A DNA stretch of 64,000 nucleotides. Source: Puniceicoccales bacterium. Its GTDB lineage: Bacteria > Verrucomicrobiota > Verrucomicrobiia > Opitutales > UBA9783. Both the position numbers and the translations under genes were made by a program. The DNA lies in assembly GCA_031283895.1 (NCBI GenBank), contig JAITAV010000024.1, positions 10,980 to 74,979 of the forward strand, given 5' to 3'. Below the pieces are notes generated by a model, which was given only the letters and a program-made list of their open reading frames with translations, was not told the origin of the DNA and did not search any database. Of this stretch, positions 50,101 through 62,087 are shown one piece after another (the first letter of the stretch is position 1; every line of letters starts with the position of its first letter).

Positions 50101-50652
50101 TTACAGCAGAAGACAGGCCGCACTACGCTTCACGTTTGTTTTATTTTGTTCAAGTAACGAATTGATCGCCTGTACGTAAAGTAATGCGTCAAATTTCTTT
50201 AAAAAATTATAATCTTCTTCATCAATACACGATTTCATTATTTCTGCAATCGTGTATTGAGATACATATAAATAATTTAAGACACAATGCAAAGCCTTTA
50301 CGGTTTCCCACTTCACTTTGGATGTCAAGGTCACGTTCTTGCTTTCAATATATAAAATCTGGCTCAATATACAACAGCAATCGGCAAAGTCGCGGTCGTT
50401 GTGAAAACATAAGAAATGCATATCGCCTTCAATTTTTTTGCATAATTCCAGTGAAGAGATTTTATCATAATCATCCATCGCTTTGCCACTCGCTTGGTAA
50501 GGTCCATTTTTTAGCAAAACTCTTGCAATTTGGCAAAGACGTTCGAGGTTATTATCCACGATATCGGACAAAGGACCTGCATAACTTAAGTACGGAGAAT
50601 TTAAAATAGATATAAGGGTAAGCAATACGCCCAATATAAAATTTTTATTCAT
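50101..50652 (-). CDS. orphan secreted protein ending in a CaaX box (CLLL)
   Basis: Sec-type signal MNKNFILGVLLTLISILNSPYLSYA. The C-terminus reads ...NVKRSAACLLL-stop (tgt ctt ctg ctg taa, checked on the sequence). Confidence 0.6.
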   Translation of the reverse strand: MNKNFILGVLLTLISILNSPYLSYAGPLSDIVDNNLERLCQIARVLLKNGPYQASGKAMDDYDKISSLELCKKIEGDMHFLCFHNDRDFADCCCILSQILYIESKNVTLTSKVKWETVKALHCVLNYLYVSQYTIAEIMKSCIDEEDYNFLKKFDALLYVQAINSLLEQNKTNVKRSAACLLL

Positions 50653-50727
50653 GTATGTGTGTTTATTTAAATTGCATAAAATTGCAAGAAAAAAAGAATA
50701 AAAGTTTTATTTTAAAAAGTTTAGTTG

Positions 50728-51612
50728 ATGTCGCTTTATATTAATATGAGTGTTTCTGATGTAAGCCATTCTACTTCTTCTAGTGCTGCTACCTCAACTG
50801 AGGTATTGCCACGTTTTATTGTAACCGGGGATTGCCCGACAATACTTGAAGGTCCAAACATCAATAACTACCAATTTCTTTCTCAAGTTAAAATAAGGGA
50901 AGTGGTAAACAGCTTTACCAATAGTTCAAACACGAATGTACGCAATATATGGGAAGCCTGTAAGGAAAAACTTGAAACCCAAGGTTACACAATGGCGTTT
51001 ATTCAAAGTCAATCTTACGCTTTTAAAAGTGAGGATACAATAAGGGCTATGCTTGATGGCAATAATAGAATTTATATTGGCATTCCTTCTACAGAAAGCG
51101 AAGGAAATATTGTAAGATTGGTTTTTAACGGTCAAACCTTGACAACAAGTTCCGATATTGCACCCAACAATATTACAAAAGAAACCCATAAGCTTGCCCA
51201 CGTTGTTTCTTTTCTATCATCAGGGATAGCAAGTTCCCAAGATTGGGATGCACGCAAACAAGACTGGGCCAAATTTTTCAAAGAGTCTCGCATGGAACCT
51301 ATTTATATTGCTTTACAAAATGAAAATCGGTCCATCGACGAGATTCACGACAGCTTTAAAAAACTATTTACCAATACCGAGGAAGCGCGAAATCTTTTGG
51401 GCGTAATTCCTGGTAAAAATGAAGGAGAATACATCGGTGAATTTTATTTTTTCAATGAACATAATAATTATGAACTACTTACTTACCTTGATCATAATGT
51501 AGCTTTAACAGATTGTGACAAAGCTGTTTTAAATGCTATTGCGGTAGGGTTTAGTATTACATTTCAACCTTCTGGCTGTTGTTCTCGGTCTGAGTGTTGC
51601 CTTTTGCTGTAG
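50728..51612 (+). CDS. orphan protein with Ser/Thr-rich N-terminus ending in a CaaX box (CCLLL)
   Basis: The C-terminus reads ...QPSGCCSRSECCLLL-stop (tgt tgc ctt ttg ctg tag). The start could be ATG 50728 or 50746. Confidence 0.6.
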   Translation: MSLYINMSVSDVSHSTSSSAATSTEVLPRFIVTGDCPTILEGPNINNYQFLSQVKIREVVNSFTNSSNTNVRNIWEACKEKLETQGYTMAFIQSQSYAFKSEDTIRAMLDGNNRIYIGIPSTESEGNIVRLVFNGQTLTTSSDIAPNNITKETHKLAHVVSFLSSGIASSQDWDARKQDWAKFFKESRMEPIYIALQNENRSIDEIHDSFKKLFTNTEEARNLLGVIPGKNEGEYIGEFYFFNEHNNYELLTYLDHNVALTDCDKAVLNAIAVGFSITFQPSGCCSRSECCLLL

Positions 51613-51631
51613 TACTTTATAAAGCATTTCT

Positions 51632-52330
51632 TCACAAAAAAGTCGTCTGGTTGCGATCGTACATGGCCTTGATACCCAAAGTACTTTGGGCAATGTATTG
51701 ATTCAAATCTTTACCCTGATTTTGTGGCATGCGAGCGAATTTTAACAGCAATAATGCACTTGCCAAAGCATCGTATAATGCGCAGTGATACTTTTTGCGC
51801 ACGGAAGGACAAAACCGGTTGGCTAAAGCATTTAAATCCGTTTCAAGGTTTAACGTCGAAATTAAATGACTCAACCCGTAGTCAACTTTACGCGGTAAAA
51901 AGTGTTTGTATAGGCCGTATGTATCCAACCACGGACCCCATCCTGCATCCTTCTTGTCGCAAGTTGCAAAGCTTTTTTCGATTTCTAGTACCGGGCAATA
52001 GCGAGACAAAAGTTGATTTTCAAACGCAGCGTTGTGTGCGCAAAAGATGCCACGCTGACGGGCTTTTATAAAAAGTTCCAAATCTTGCGAAAACGGAAGA
52101 CCGTGAACCAACTCGCGATTGGAAATACCATGACATCGATATTCGCTCGCGGCAATGGGCACATTTGTTTGGCATAGACGTGTACATGTTTCAAAAATTC
52201 CTTTGTCCAATAACATCCCAACCATCCCGTATTCTACGATACCTCCCCCCAAACTACCTTCAAAATCTATGACGTAAACAGGACCCTTAAACATTGCAGG
52301 TAATATAAGATAAAATGTAAGTTTTTCCAT
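51632..52330 (-). CDS. DEDDh 3'-5' exonuclease (DnaQ/epsilon-like domain protein)
   Basis: Exo I VYVIDFEG, Exo II FCAHNAAFE, Exo III HCALYDA. Confidence 0.85.
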   Translation of the reverse strand: MEKLTFYLILPAMFKGPVYVIDFEGSLGGGIVEYGMVGMLLDKGIFETCTRLCQTNVPIAASEYRCHGISNRELVHGLPFSQDLELFIKARQRGIFCAHNAAFENQLLSRYCPVLEIEKSFATCDKKDAGWGPWLDTYGLYKHFLPRKVDYGLSHLISTLNLETDLNALANRFCPSVRKKYHCALYDALASALLLLKFARMPQNQGKDLNQYIAQSTLGIKAMYDRNQTTFL

Positions 52331-52432
52331 AAAAAATTATGCGCAAGAGGTTTTTGCTTTTTATTACAAAATTTGCGCTTGCGTTTCAAAAAGCTTACGT
52401 TTTTACTAATTGGGTTTTTAAAGCTAAAATAC

Positions 52433-52624
52433 ATGAAAGAAAACAAGCCTGCAGAGAAGATTTCAATTAAGGATTTGACGTGGAAAGATGTCGAGCAACT
52501 CAGAAATTATACCACGGAAACGGGAAAAATATTGCCGCGTAGAATTACCCATTTTACGGCGCAAGAACAACGTCATTTCACAAAAATCGTTAAACAGGCG
52601 CGTAATCTTCTTTTGATGCCATAA
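52433..52624 (+). CDS. rpsR: 30S ribosomal protein S18
   Basis: KDVEQLRNYTTETGKILPRRITHFTAQEQRHFTKIVKQARNLLLMP. ATG at 52433 preferred over the upstream TTG. Confidence 0.9.
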   Translation: MKENKPAEKISIKDLTWKDVEQLRNYTTETGKILPRRITHFTAQEQRHFTKIVKQARNLLLMP

Positions 52625-52630
52625 GTTTTT

Positions 52631-53626
52631 ATGAGAGCGGTGATTGGGTGTTCGCCCGAAGAGGCTGTCGCTCAACTTAAGCAGGGCAATCCGGTTGCTT
52701 TACCCACAGAAACGGTTTACGGGTTAGCTGCACCTTTATGGGACGAAGATGCAATTTTGAAAATTTATACGCTTAAACAACGTCCACTCAATAACCCTTT
52801 CATCGTTCACGTTCTCGACGAATGTCAGCTCGATCAAGTTGCTTACGTGAATGCGCAAGCTACAAAATTAATAAACGTTTTTTGGCCAGGGCCCCTGACG
52901 CTTATACTTCCAAAAAAACCTTGTGTACCGCTCGTTGTAACGGCGCAACAATCATCGGTGGCCGTGCGCGCTCCAAGCTCGCCCCTATTTAGAAAGGTTC
53001 TCGAGCTATTGGGCGCACCTTTAGTGGCTCCCAGCGCCAACAAATTTCAACAGGTAAGTCCCACATGTGCCCAACATGTCATGCATGGAATGGGTGATAC
53101 CCTCTCCTATATTTTAGATGGAGGTCCTTGCCCATTGGGAGTGGAATCCACAATTCTCTCACTACTCAACGAACAACACCCAACGTTACTACGTTACGGT
53201 CCTATCGCAAAAGAATCCATAGAAGATGTTTTAAAACAAAGTGTACACATTCCACTCGCAGACGAAAATGATCGCCCAACGAAACTGTGTCCCGGTTTAT
53301 TTAAAAAACATTACAGCCCGCATATCCCACTCTATTTGGTGGATAAGTTACAAGGATTCAAGCCGCCGCAACACCTTGAACAGCAGTTTCATCAACGAGC
53401 TGCGCATGTATTTTTTACGCGCCCCAGACGAATTTTAACCGGAAAAGAATTTTATCTTACCGAAAATGAGGATTTAGCAGAAGCGGCAGCCAACTTGTTT
53501 GCTACTTTACAGCATCTTGATCAATGCCACTTTAAGTCCATTTGGATCGAAACAGTGCCCCATAAAGGTATCGGCTATGCCATCAACGATCGCCTGAATC
53601 GCGCAGCCCACGATCGCTTCCCATAA
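52631..53626 (+). CDS. tsaC: L-threonylcarbamoyladenylate synthase, long Sua5/YwlC type
   Basis: GNPVALPTETVYGLAA, NNPFIVHV, VAVRAPS, PSANKF, plus a C-terminal Sua5 domain. Confidence 0.9.
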   Translation: MRAVIGCSPEEAVAQLKQGNPVALPTETVYGLAAPLWDEDAILKIYTLKQRPLNNPFIVHVLDECQLDQVAYVNAQATKLINVFWPGPLTLILPKKPCVPLVVTAQQSSVAVRAPSSPLFRKVLELLGAPLVAPSANKFQQVSPTCAQHVMHGMGDTLSYILDGGPCPLGVESTILSLLNEQHPTLLRYGPIAKESIEDVLKQSVHIPLADENDRPTKLCPGLFKKHYSPHIPLYLVDKLQGFKPPQHLEQQFHQRAAHVFFTRPRRILTGKEFYLTENEDLAEAAANLFATLQHLDQCHFKSIWIETVPHKGIGYAINDRLNRAAHDRFP

Positions 53627-54045
53627 TGGAGTCTGCCGTTAATTTTCAGAAATGAGCCGTGTAGAGTATTCTCCGAAGCACACCAATAACATCACAAGTA
53701 AAAGGAACTTTGAATTAGGGAATACAGCTACTATAAAAGCCATTCGTCCATTTTTTTCATTGATGTGGCAGTTATTTATGAAAATGGTTGGATAGAAATT
53801 ACCATAGTAGTATCTAGAACTGACCGACAATAGTTCATGACTATATTTTTTGTATTTAGGAATATAATTCATGTGTTAAAGGTAAGTGCTCTTGATTTTT
53901 TCATGTTTTCCTTCGATTCACTTTATAATATTAAGTAACTTAACTTATCTTTTGTGTATTGCGTTAGTTTTATTTCTAGGTTTACACACACAAACCTTGA
54001 TTTTTATAGCTTGGGGTTTCACTATTATCACAATATTATAAGAAG

Positions 54046-54845
54046 ATGAACAAAACAGAACAAAACAGAACGCGAATCTTTAAGGTATAATGATCATAAA
54101 CTTGATTTTTCACAAGTAAAGCAATAGGGTGATTTTGTTGCTCTTGCTAAAAATAAGTCTTTATCAAAATATGAAAAAATTGGTTTCCCAGATTCATATC
54201 GCAAAGAGAAGGAGGGGTTTATTTTTAAAGATATCTTAAAAAAATTACCCCATCTTAACGATAAAAATAAGGTAGTATTAGACATAGGCCCAGGTTGTTC
54301 GGACCTTCCCCATATGATTATTAATAAATGTAGAGAAAATGCGCATACGTTAGGATTGTTGGATAGTCTCAAGCTGCTAAGCCTTTTACCCAATGACCTT
54401 TTTATCATTAAAGTACCTGGTTTGTATCCAGAAAACCAAAATGAGGTCGTTAAAAATTTTCACTCGGGAGTTGATGTAATTATTTGTTATAGTGTTTTGC
54501 ATCATATATATGAAGATACAAATATTTATAAGTTTTTAGATTCTTGTTTAAAAATATTGAAACCAGAAGGAGAAATGTTGATTGGCGACATTCCAAATGT
54601 GTCGAAGAGAAAAAGATTCTTTGCCAGCGATACGGGTAAAGCTTTCCATCGAAAATTTACGGGAAGCGATGGCGATCCAGAGGTGCAGTTTAATGTTTTA
54701 GAAAAGGATAAAATAGATGATTCTGTCTTGCATAGTATTATACTGAGAGCGCAATATGCCGGTTTTTGATGCCTATGTTGTACCTCAATCCCCAGAACTA
54801 CCTATGAGCAATCGTCGTGATGACATAATTATAAGAAAGCCTTAA
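54046..54845 (+). pseudogene. class I SAM-dependent methyltransferase with multiple lesions
   Basis: Motif I VVLDIGPGCSD lies upstream of the first in-frame ATG (54314). A 10-bp tandem duplication (54048-54067) puts ATG 54046 out of frame. There is an in-frame TAG at 54125-54127, and a possible further frameshift at T5 54763-54767. Confidence 0.6.
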
Positions 54846-55024
54846 GTCCCTTTACTTGCTAATATAAGTTTTCTGATAAACATAGAGTAAAAAGAAGAAA
54901 TTATGTGCAAAATTTTAAGTACCTTAAAAATCGCAACATTTAAACTCCAAACTACCTCGTTAGCGAAAAAAATCTTTATATTTTATGGATTCAGTAAGCG
55001 TAAAACAAAAATAATAAGGTAAAA

Positions 55025-56287
55025 TCATCTTAATGCTTTAAAAATCATTTTAGTCCTTAAATAATTGAGTAGCTTGTGGAAAGTAACGTATTTGTGTAGG
55101 CCCAAATATTTAATGTCTTCAATTGTTAATTTTGCATTATTGATATAATTCAACAAAGTTGCACTTACTTTGGAAACATCAAAATTTTGCCTTACGTGTT
55201 CGTAGCATTTTTTTCCTATTTCTTTATTATTTTCGATTAACATGTCGAGAATTTCAAAAAAGCTATGAATACAACAATTATGCTGGTCATCTATTAGCGA
55301 ACCAACAAAATGTTCTATTTTTGGTTCATATAACCAATACAATTTTTTATCTTTTGAAATTTTAGTAAAACTACCGGATATTACTACTGTTGGAAGACCA
55401 ACTTTTGCCCCATCCAAAGCTGCTGTTCCATGCGCAAACAAAATATCAATTTTACTTAAAAACAGGTTTTTGACCTCACTTGGAAACAAATCCCCTAACA
55501 GCTTTATATTAAACCTTGCATATTTACCAGTTTCTGCTTCTAATTTTTGTCGATAATTACCATCTCCTATTATAAAAAGATTTATCTTTTTGCTTGGATT
55601 TCTTATACAATACTCATCTAGGTTGCATAAAAGATATTCTATGGCAGGCAATTTAAAGTCAACGATTCTTCCTAACCAGCCAATATTAATTTCTTCATTG
55701 ATCGTCCTTGGGACTTTAATTTCGTCAGAAACTTTAACACATATTGGCAAATAATTGGGTTTTAACTTTATGTCAAAAAACTGCTCGTTGTAATAAACAT
55801 GATCTTCTGTCATAAAAACCAAACCGTTTTTTTCATTTGCCGTACATGAAAACTTCACAAGCTTTTTATATAACCTATAATTAAAAAACTTCATAAGTTT
55901 TTTTTCATTCTCTATAGTTGGATTGATCCAACCTCTTATTAGTATGCGTATTAGCTTATATATCCCAATATTCATCAGTGATTTTTCGTATAGAGACCAA
56001 AATAAAAACTTGATGTTCTTTCCTTCAAAAAAACCTAACTGATCTACAAAAGATAACGGCAAGACAATTGTTGTGCTGTCTGGTAAGGCTATTTTTGACT
56101 TATAGTCAAATTCTACAAAATTACACTCATTCGGATTTTTTAATATTTTTTTATAAATACCATTCTTTCCGTCTATAATGTACGTATTACACGTGCTAGA
56201 TAAGACGTCTACTAAAGAAGTAAACACAGTTTGAATACCACCTATTTCTCCGTCGGATGGTTGAAAAAAAGCAATATTTACCTTCAT
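55025..56287 (-). CDS. putative GT-B glycosyltransferase (tentative)
   Basis: MKVNIAFFQPSDGEIGGIQTV N-terminus and IDILFAHGTAALDGAKVGLPTVV C-terminal region resemble the GT4-like fold. The call is weak. Confidence 0.45.
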   Translation of the reverse strand: MKVNIAFFQPSDGEIGGIQTVFTSLVDVLSSTCNTYIIDGKNGIYKKILKNPNECNFVEFDYKSKIALPDSTTIVLPLSFVDQLGFFEGKNIKFLFWSLYEKSLMNIGIYKLIRILIRGWINPTIENEKKLMKFFNYRLYKKLVKFSCTANEKNGLVFMTEDHVYYNEQFFDIKLKPNYLPICVKVSDEIKVPRTINEEINIGWLGRIVDFKLPAIEYLLCNLDEYCIRNPSKKINLFIIGDGNYRQKLEAETGKYARFNIKLLGDLFPSEVKNLFLSKIDILFAHGTAALDGAKVGLPTVVISGSFTKISKDKKLYWLYEPKIEHFVGSLIDDQHNCCIHSFFEILDMLIENNKEIGKKCYEHVRQNFDVSKVSATLLNYINNAKLTIEDIKYLGLHKYVTFHKLLNYLRTKMIFKALR

Positions 56288-56625
56288 TGTGTGACATCTT
56301 AAACTTTAAAAAACAAATGTATATAACACAAGCAGTGATTGCAAATAAAAACTAAACCAACATACAATAAATAACAATGGCAAATGAGAAAAGACTACCT
56401 TATACAAACAAAGTAAAGGTATAAAGATAAATCAAGTGGTGAAGAAAGTATTAGAAACAATCATAGATGTTGCTTTAGCAAACGTATGCCCATGGATTTC
56501 AATTATCTTTGGACCGTAAAGACAATACTGAGGTATCCAGATTAAAATTGATTTTTCAATAGGCGCGCGTTATACTCTATTTGTGGCTATTGTGCTTATT
56601 ACCTAACTTCCACGAAGATCTCCGT

Positions 56626-58086
56626 ATGAAAATCTTAATGGCTAGTCCAGAATGCTATCCGTATGCCACCGTTGGAGGTTTGGGAGATGTCATGGGAGCT
56701 TTACCTATGTATTTAAGTCAGTTGGGACACGACGTACGCGTCTGCTTACCTTTATATGGATCCATCCAACCGCAAGATTCTTGGAAAGCCTACGATAACG
56801 TTGTGGTGCATTTGGGAGGACACGAGAGAATATGTCGTATTTGGGAACACGTAAATCGTGCTATTGTCTATTATTTTATCGAATACCAACAATATTTCGG
56901 ACGTTACGAAATTTATGATAGGCCCTGGGGTCCTCATTTTGATAACGGTGAACGCTTTGCATTCTTCAGTCGAGCGGTACTTGACCTGTGCTACAGTCTC
57001 AAATGGTATCCCGACGTATTCCATTGCCACGATTGGACAACGGGACTCATTCCCGTTTACGTCAACACGTGTGAGCGTGGTCAACCATTGAATCAAGCGG
57101 CCACCGTTTTTACGATTCATAACCTGGAACATCAAGGTGTCTTCGCTCCCGATATTCTCGCCTACGCCGGTATACCGTTCTCCGAATACCGATGCGACAG
57201 CTTAGAATCTGTAGGAGCTGTAAACTTCATGAAGGGAGCACTTTTTCACGCCACAAAATTGACGACCGTAAGTCCCAATTATGCACGTGAGATTCAAACC
57301 CATGTGGGGGGATGCGGACTGCATACCGTTTTGAAATTTAAAGCTGGAGATCTGATCGGTATTCTCAATGGAATCGATGAAACACTTTGGAATCCAAGCA
57401 CAGATACCTGGTTACCCGTAACTTACGCTGCCGACAATCTCGCGGGCAAAGGTATTTGCAAACAACACCTGCAACGCTATTTTAACTTAAAAATTGATCC
57501 CCATGTCCCCGTGTACGGTGTTGTTAGTCGTTTGTATTTCCAGAAAGGGCTCGACATTCTGTTGGATGTCCTGCCTTCACTTTTATCCAGATTATGTATC
57601 CAGATGGTGGTGTTGGGAAACGGTGAAGGATCTTGGGAGCAAAGATTTTGTGAAATTGCCCAAAAATATCCGCAACAATTGGGCGTGTACATAGGCTTCG
57701 ATACGTCGCTGGCACACCTTATCGAAGCTGGATCCGATCTCTTCGTTATGCCGAGTCGTTTTGAACCTTGCGGTCTTAATCAAATGTATTCCATGCGTTA
57801 CGGGACTTTACCAATTGTCAGAAACACAGGTGGATTGGCAGATACCGTTCATTCCCTCGATGAAACGACGGGTAAGGGTACAGGATTTGTTTTCAACGAA
57901 CTCACCCATGATGCTTTGGAGAATACCATCGGTTGGGCTTGCGCCACCTATTATGATCGCCCTCAAACCTTTGCATCCATGCAACAACAAGCCATGCATG
58001 CCGATTTTTCATGGAATAAAGCCGCAAAAGCTTACGAGCAGGTTTACCAATGGGCCATTCAAGCAAGGCGAAAATACGTACGGTAA
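56626..58086 (+). CDS. glgA: glycogen synthase (ADP-glucose type)
   Basis: MKILMASPECYPYATVGGLGDV, HCHDWTTGL, VSRLYFQKG, PSRFEPCGLNQMYSMRYGTLPIVRNTGGLADTV. Confidence 0.93.
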   Translation: MKILMASPECYPYATVGGLGDVMGALPMYLSQLGHDVRVCLPLYGSIQPQDSWKAYDNVVVHLGGHERICRIWEHVNRAIVYYFIEYQQYFGRYEIYDRPWGPHFDNGERFAFFSRAVLDLCYSLKWYPDVFHCHDWTTGLIPVYVNTCERGQPLNQAATVFTIHNLEHQGVFAPDILAYAGIPFSEYRCDSLESVGAVNFMKGALFHATKLTTVSPNYAREIQTHVGGCGLHTVLKFKAGDLIGILNGIDETLWNPSTDTWLPVTYAADNLAGKGICKQHLQRYFNLKIDPHVPVYGVVSRLYFQKGLDILLDVLPSLLSRLCIQMVVLGNGEGSWEQRFCEIAQKYPQQLGVYIGFDTSLAHLIEAGSDLFVMPSRFEPCGLNQMYSMRYGTLPIVRNTGGLADTVHSLDETTGKGTGFVFNELTHDALENTIGWACATYYDRPQTFASMQQQAMHADFSWNKAAKAYEQVYQWAIQARRKYVR

Positions 58087-58234
58087 TCTGAAAATACCAT
58101 TAAGAAAACGCAATTGCTCCTATCGCATGCATTCTTTGAACACCTTTTTAATATATTTTTGTAATTGAGAAAATAAGCATGCGCGATCCTAGTCCCCTGA
58201 ATTACCGACAACAAATATCAACGCATCATTGTAA

Positions 58235-59578
<1,344 letters not shown>

Positions 59579-59837
59579 AGCGTGTAAGTGAATGAAGAAC
59601 TTCTTTAAGTTGCTTCAAAACTATAGTGTGCATGAGTATGCCTAAAATGGATAAATAAAGTGCCGCAGAAGCGTACGTTGTTAAAAATACGTGTACAAAT
59701 GCGTAATTTCCACACAAAAGAGATATGCATATAAAAAATGTATGACTTTAGAGGCGCTGGGACTCCAAGGTCTTTTGAGCATTACTAGTACACAATGACC
59801 CTGAGCAAGTACGCGTTGCAACTGGATCCAATCTCAA

Positions 59838-60227
59838 TCAAATACGTTCCAAAAAAAATGCAGGCGGCTTAATCAATTGCCGTTGCTGATTAATAAAAGC
59901 GTGTACCGTATAACCTTTGGCGATGAGAAAATCTTGACGCAAAAGCGTGTAAGTTAGCGTAAAACGTGCGTGCAATTTTTCGATTGGAGGATTCAGTATA
60001 ATTTTGATGGGATCGTCAAAAAATGCAGGCGATTTATACTGCAAGTGAACTTCAACAACAGGCAAAGCAAATCCGTCAGCTTCCATTTGTTTATAATCTA
60101 ATCCCAAAAATCGCAACCATTCCACACGTACCAACTCTAACCATACAAAATAGCTGCTGTGGTGTGCAACGCCCATCGCATCCGTTTCAGCATATCTTAC
60201 CCGTATGGAAGTTTCAAAATCCGTCAT
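59838..60227 (-). CDS. 4HBT-fold acyl-CoA thioesterase (YbgC-like)
   Basis: IRVRYAETDAMGVAHHSSYFVWLELVRVEWL. The ATG overlaps the atpC stop by one base (TGATG). Confidence 0.8.
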   Translation of the reverse strand: MTDFETSIRVRYAETDAMGVAHHSSYFVWLELVRVEWLRFLGLDYKQMEADGFALPVVEVHLQYKSPAFFDDPIKIILNPPIEKLHARFTLTYTLLRQDFLIAKGYTVHAFINQQRQLIKPPAFFLERI

Positions 60228-60643
60228 CAACGCCTAATTTGTTTTGTAAGTTGCTGGGCCAATTGGAATCGAAACATTTTGTCCAAACGTTCAAGTTCTT
60301 CTGCATTGGCACCTTGCTCTTTTTTAGCTTTTTCAAGAGCTTCTTGTGCGCGACGTACAGCCGCATCAATCGAACTTGCATCCAAAACTTGTACGTCGAT
60401 AGCGGCTTCCGTGAGGAGTATTAATTGGTCTTTTTTTAACCTAAAAAAACCTGTATCGACGGCAATCGAATTTGTCTGGCCATTGATTTTATAAATAGCT
60501 GCACCAGGCTCCAGAAGCCCAACGATGGGCAAATGATCTTCAAGAATCTCTATTTCTCCCAAAACTGTGGGTAATATGACCGAAGTAACCTTACCTTCAA
60601 AAACAATTTTTTCGGGAATAACAATTTTAAGCAAAAAACCCAT
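60227..60643 (-). CDS. atpC: F1 ATP synthase epsilon subunit
   Basis: Position after atpD; size 138 aa; LKIVIPEKIVFEGKVTSVILPTVLGEIEIL pattern. Confidence 0.9.
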   Translation of the reverse strand: MGFLLKIVIPEKIVFEGKVTSVILPTVLGEIEILEDHLPIVGLLEPGAAIYKINGQTNSIAVDTGFFRLKKDQLILLTEAAIDVQVLDASSIDAAVRRAQEALEKAKKEQGANAEELERLDKMFRFQLAQQLTKQIRR

Positions 60644-60647
60644 AGAA

Positions 60648-62087
<1,440 letters not shown>

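Noticed and set aside
53639-53872. 77-aa minus-strand ORF after tsaC.
   Set aside because: Low-complexity, Tyr/Asn/Ile-rich sequence in AT-rich DNA, with no RBS or motif. Not enough evidence to call a gene.
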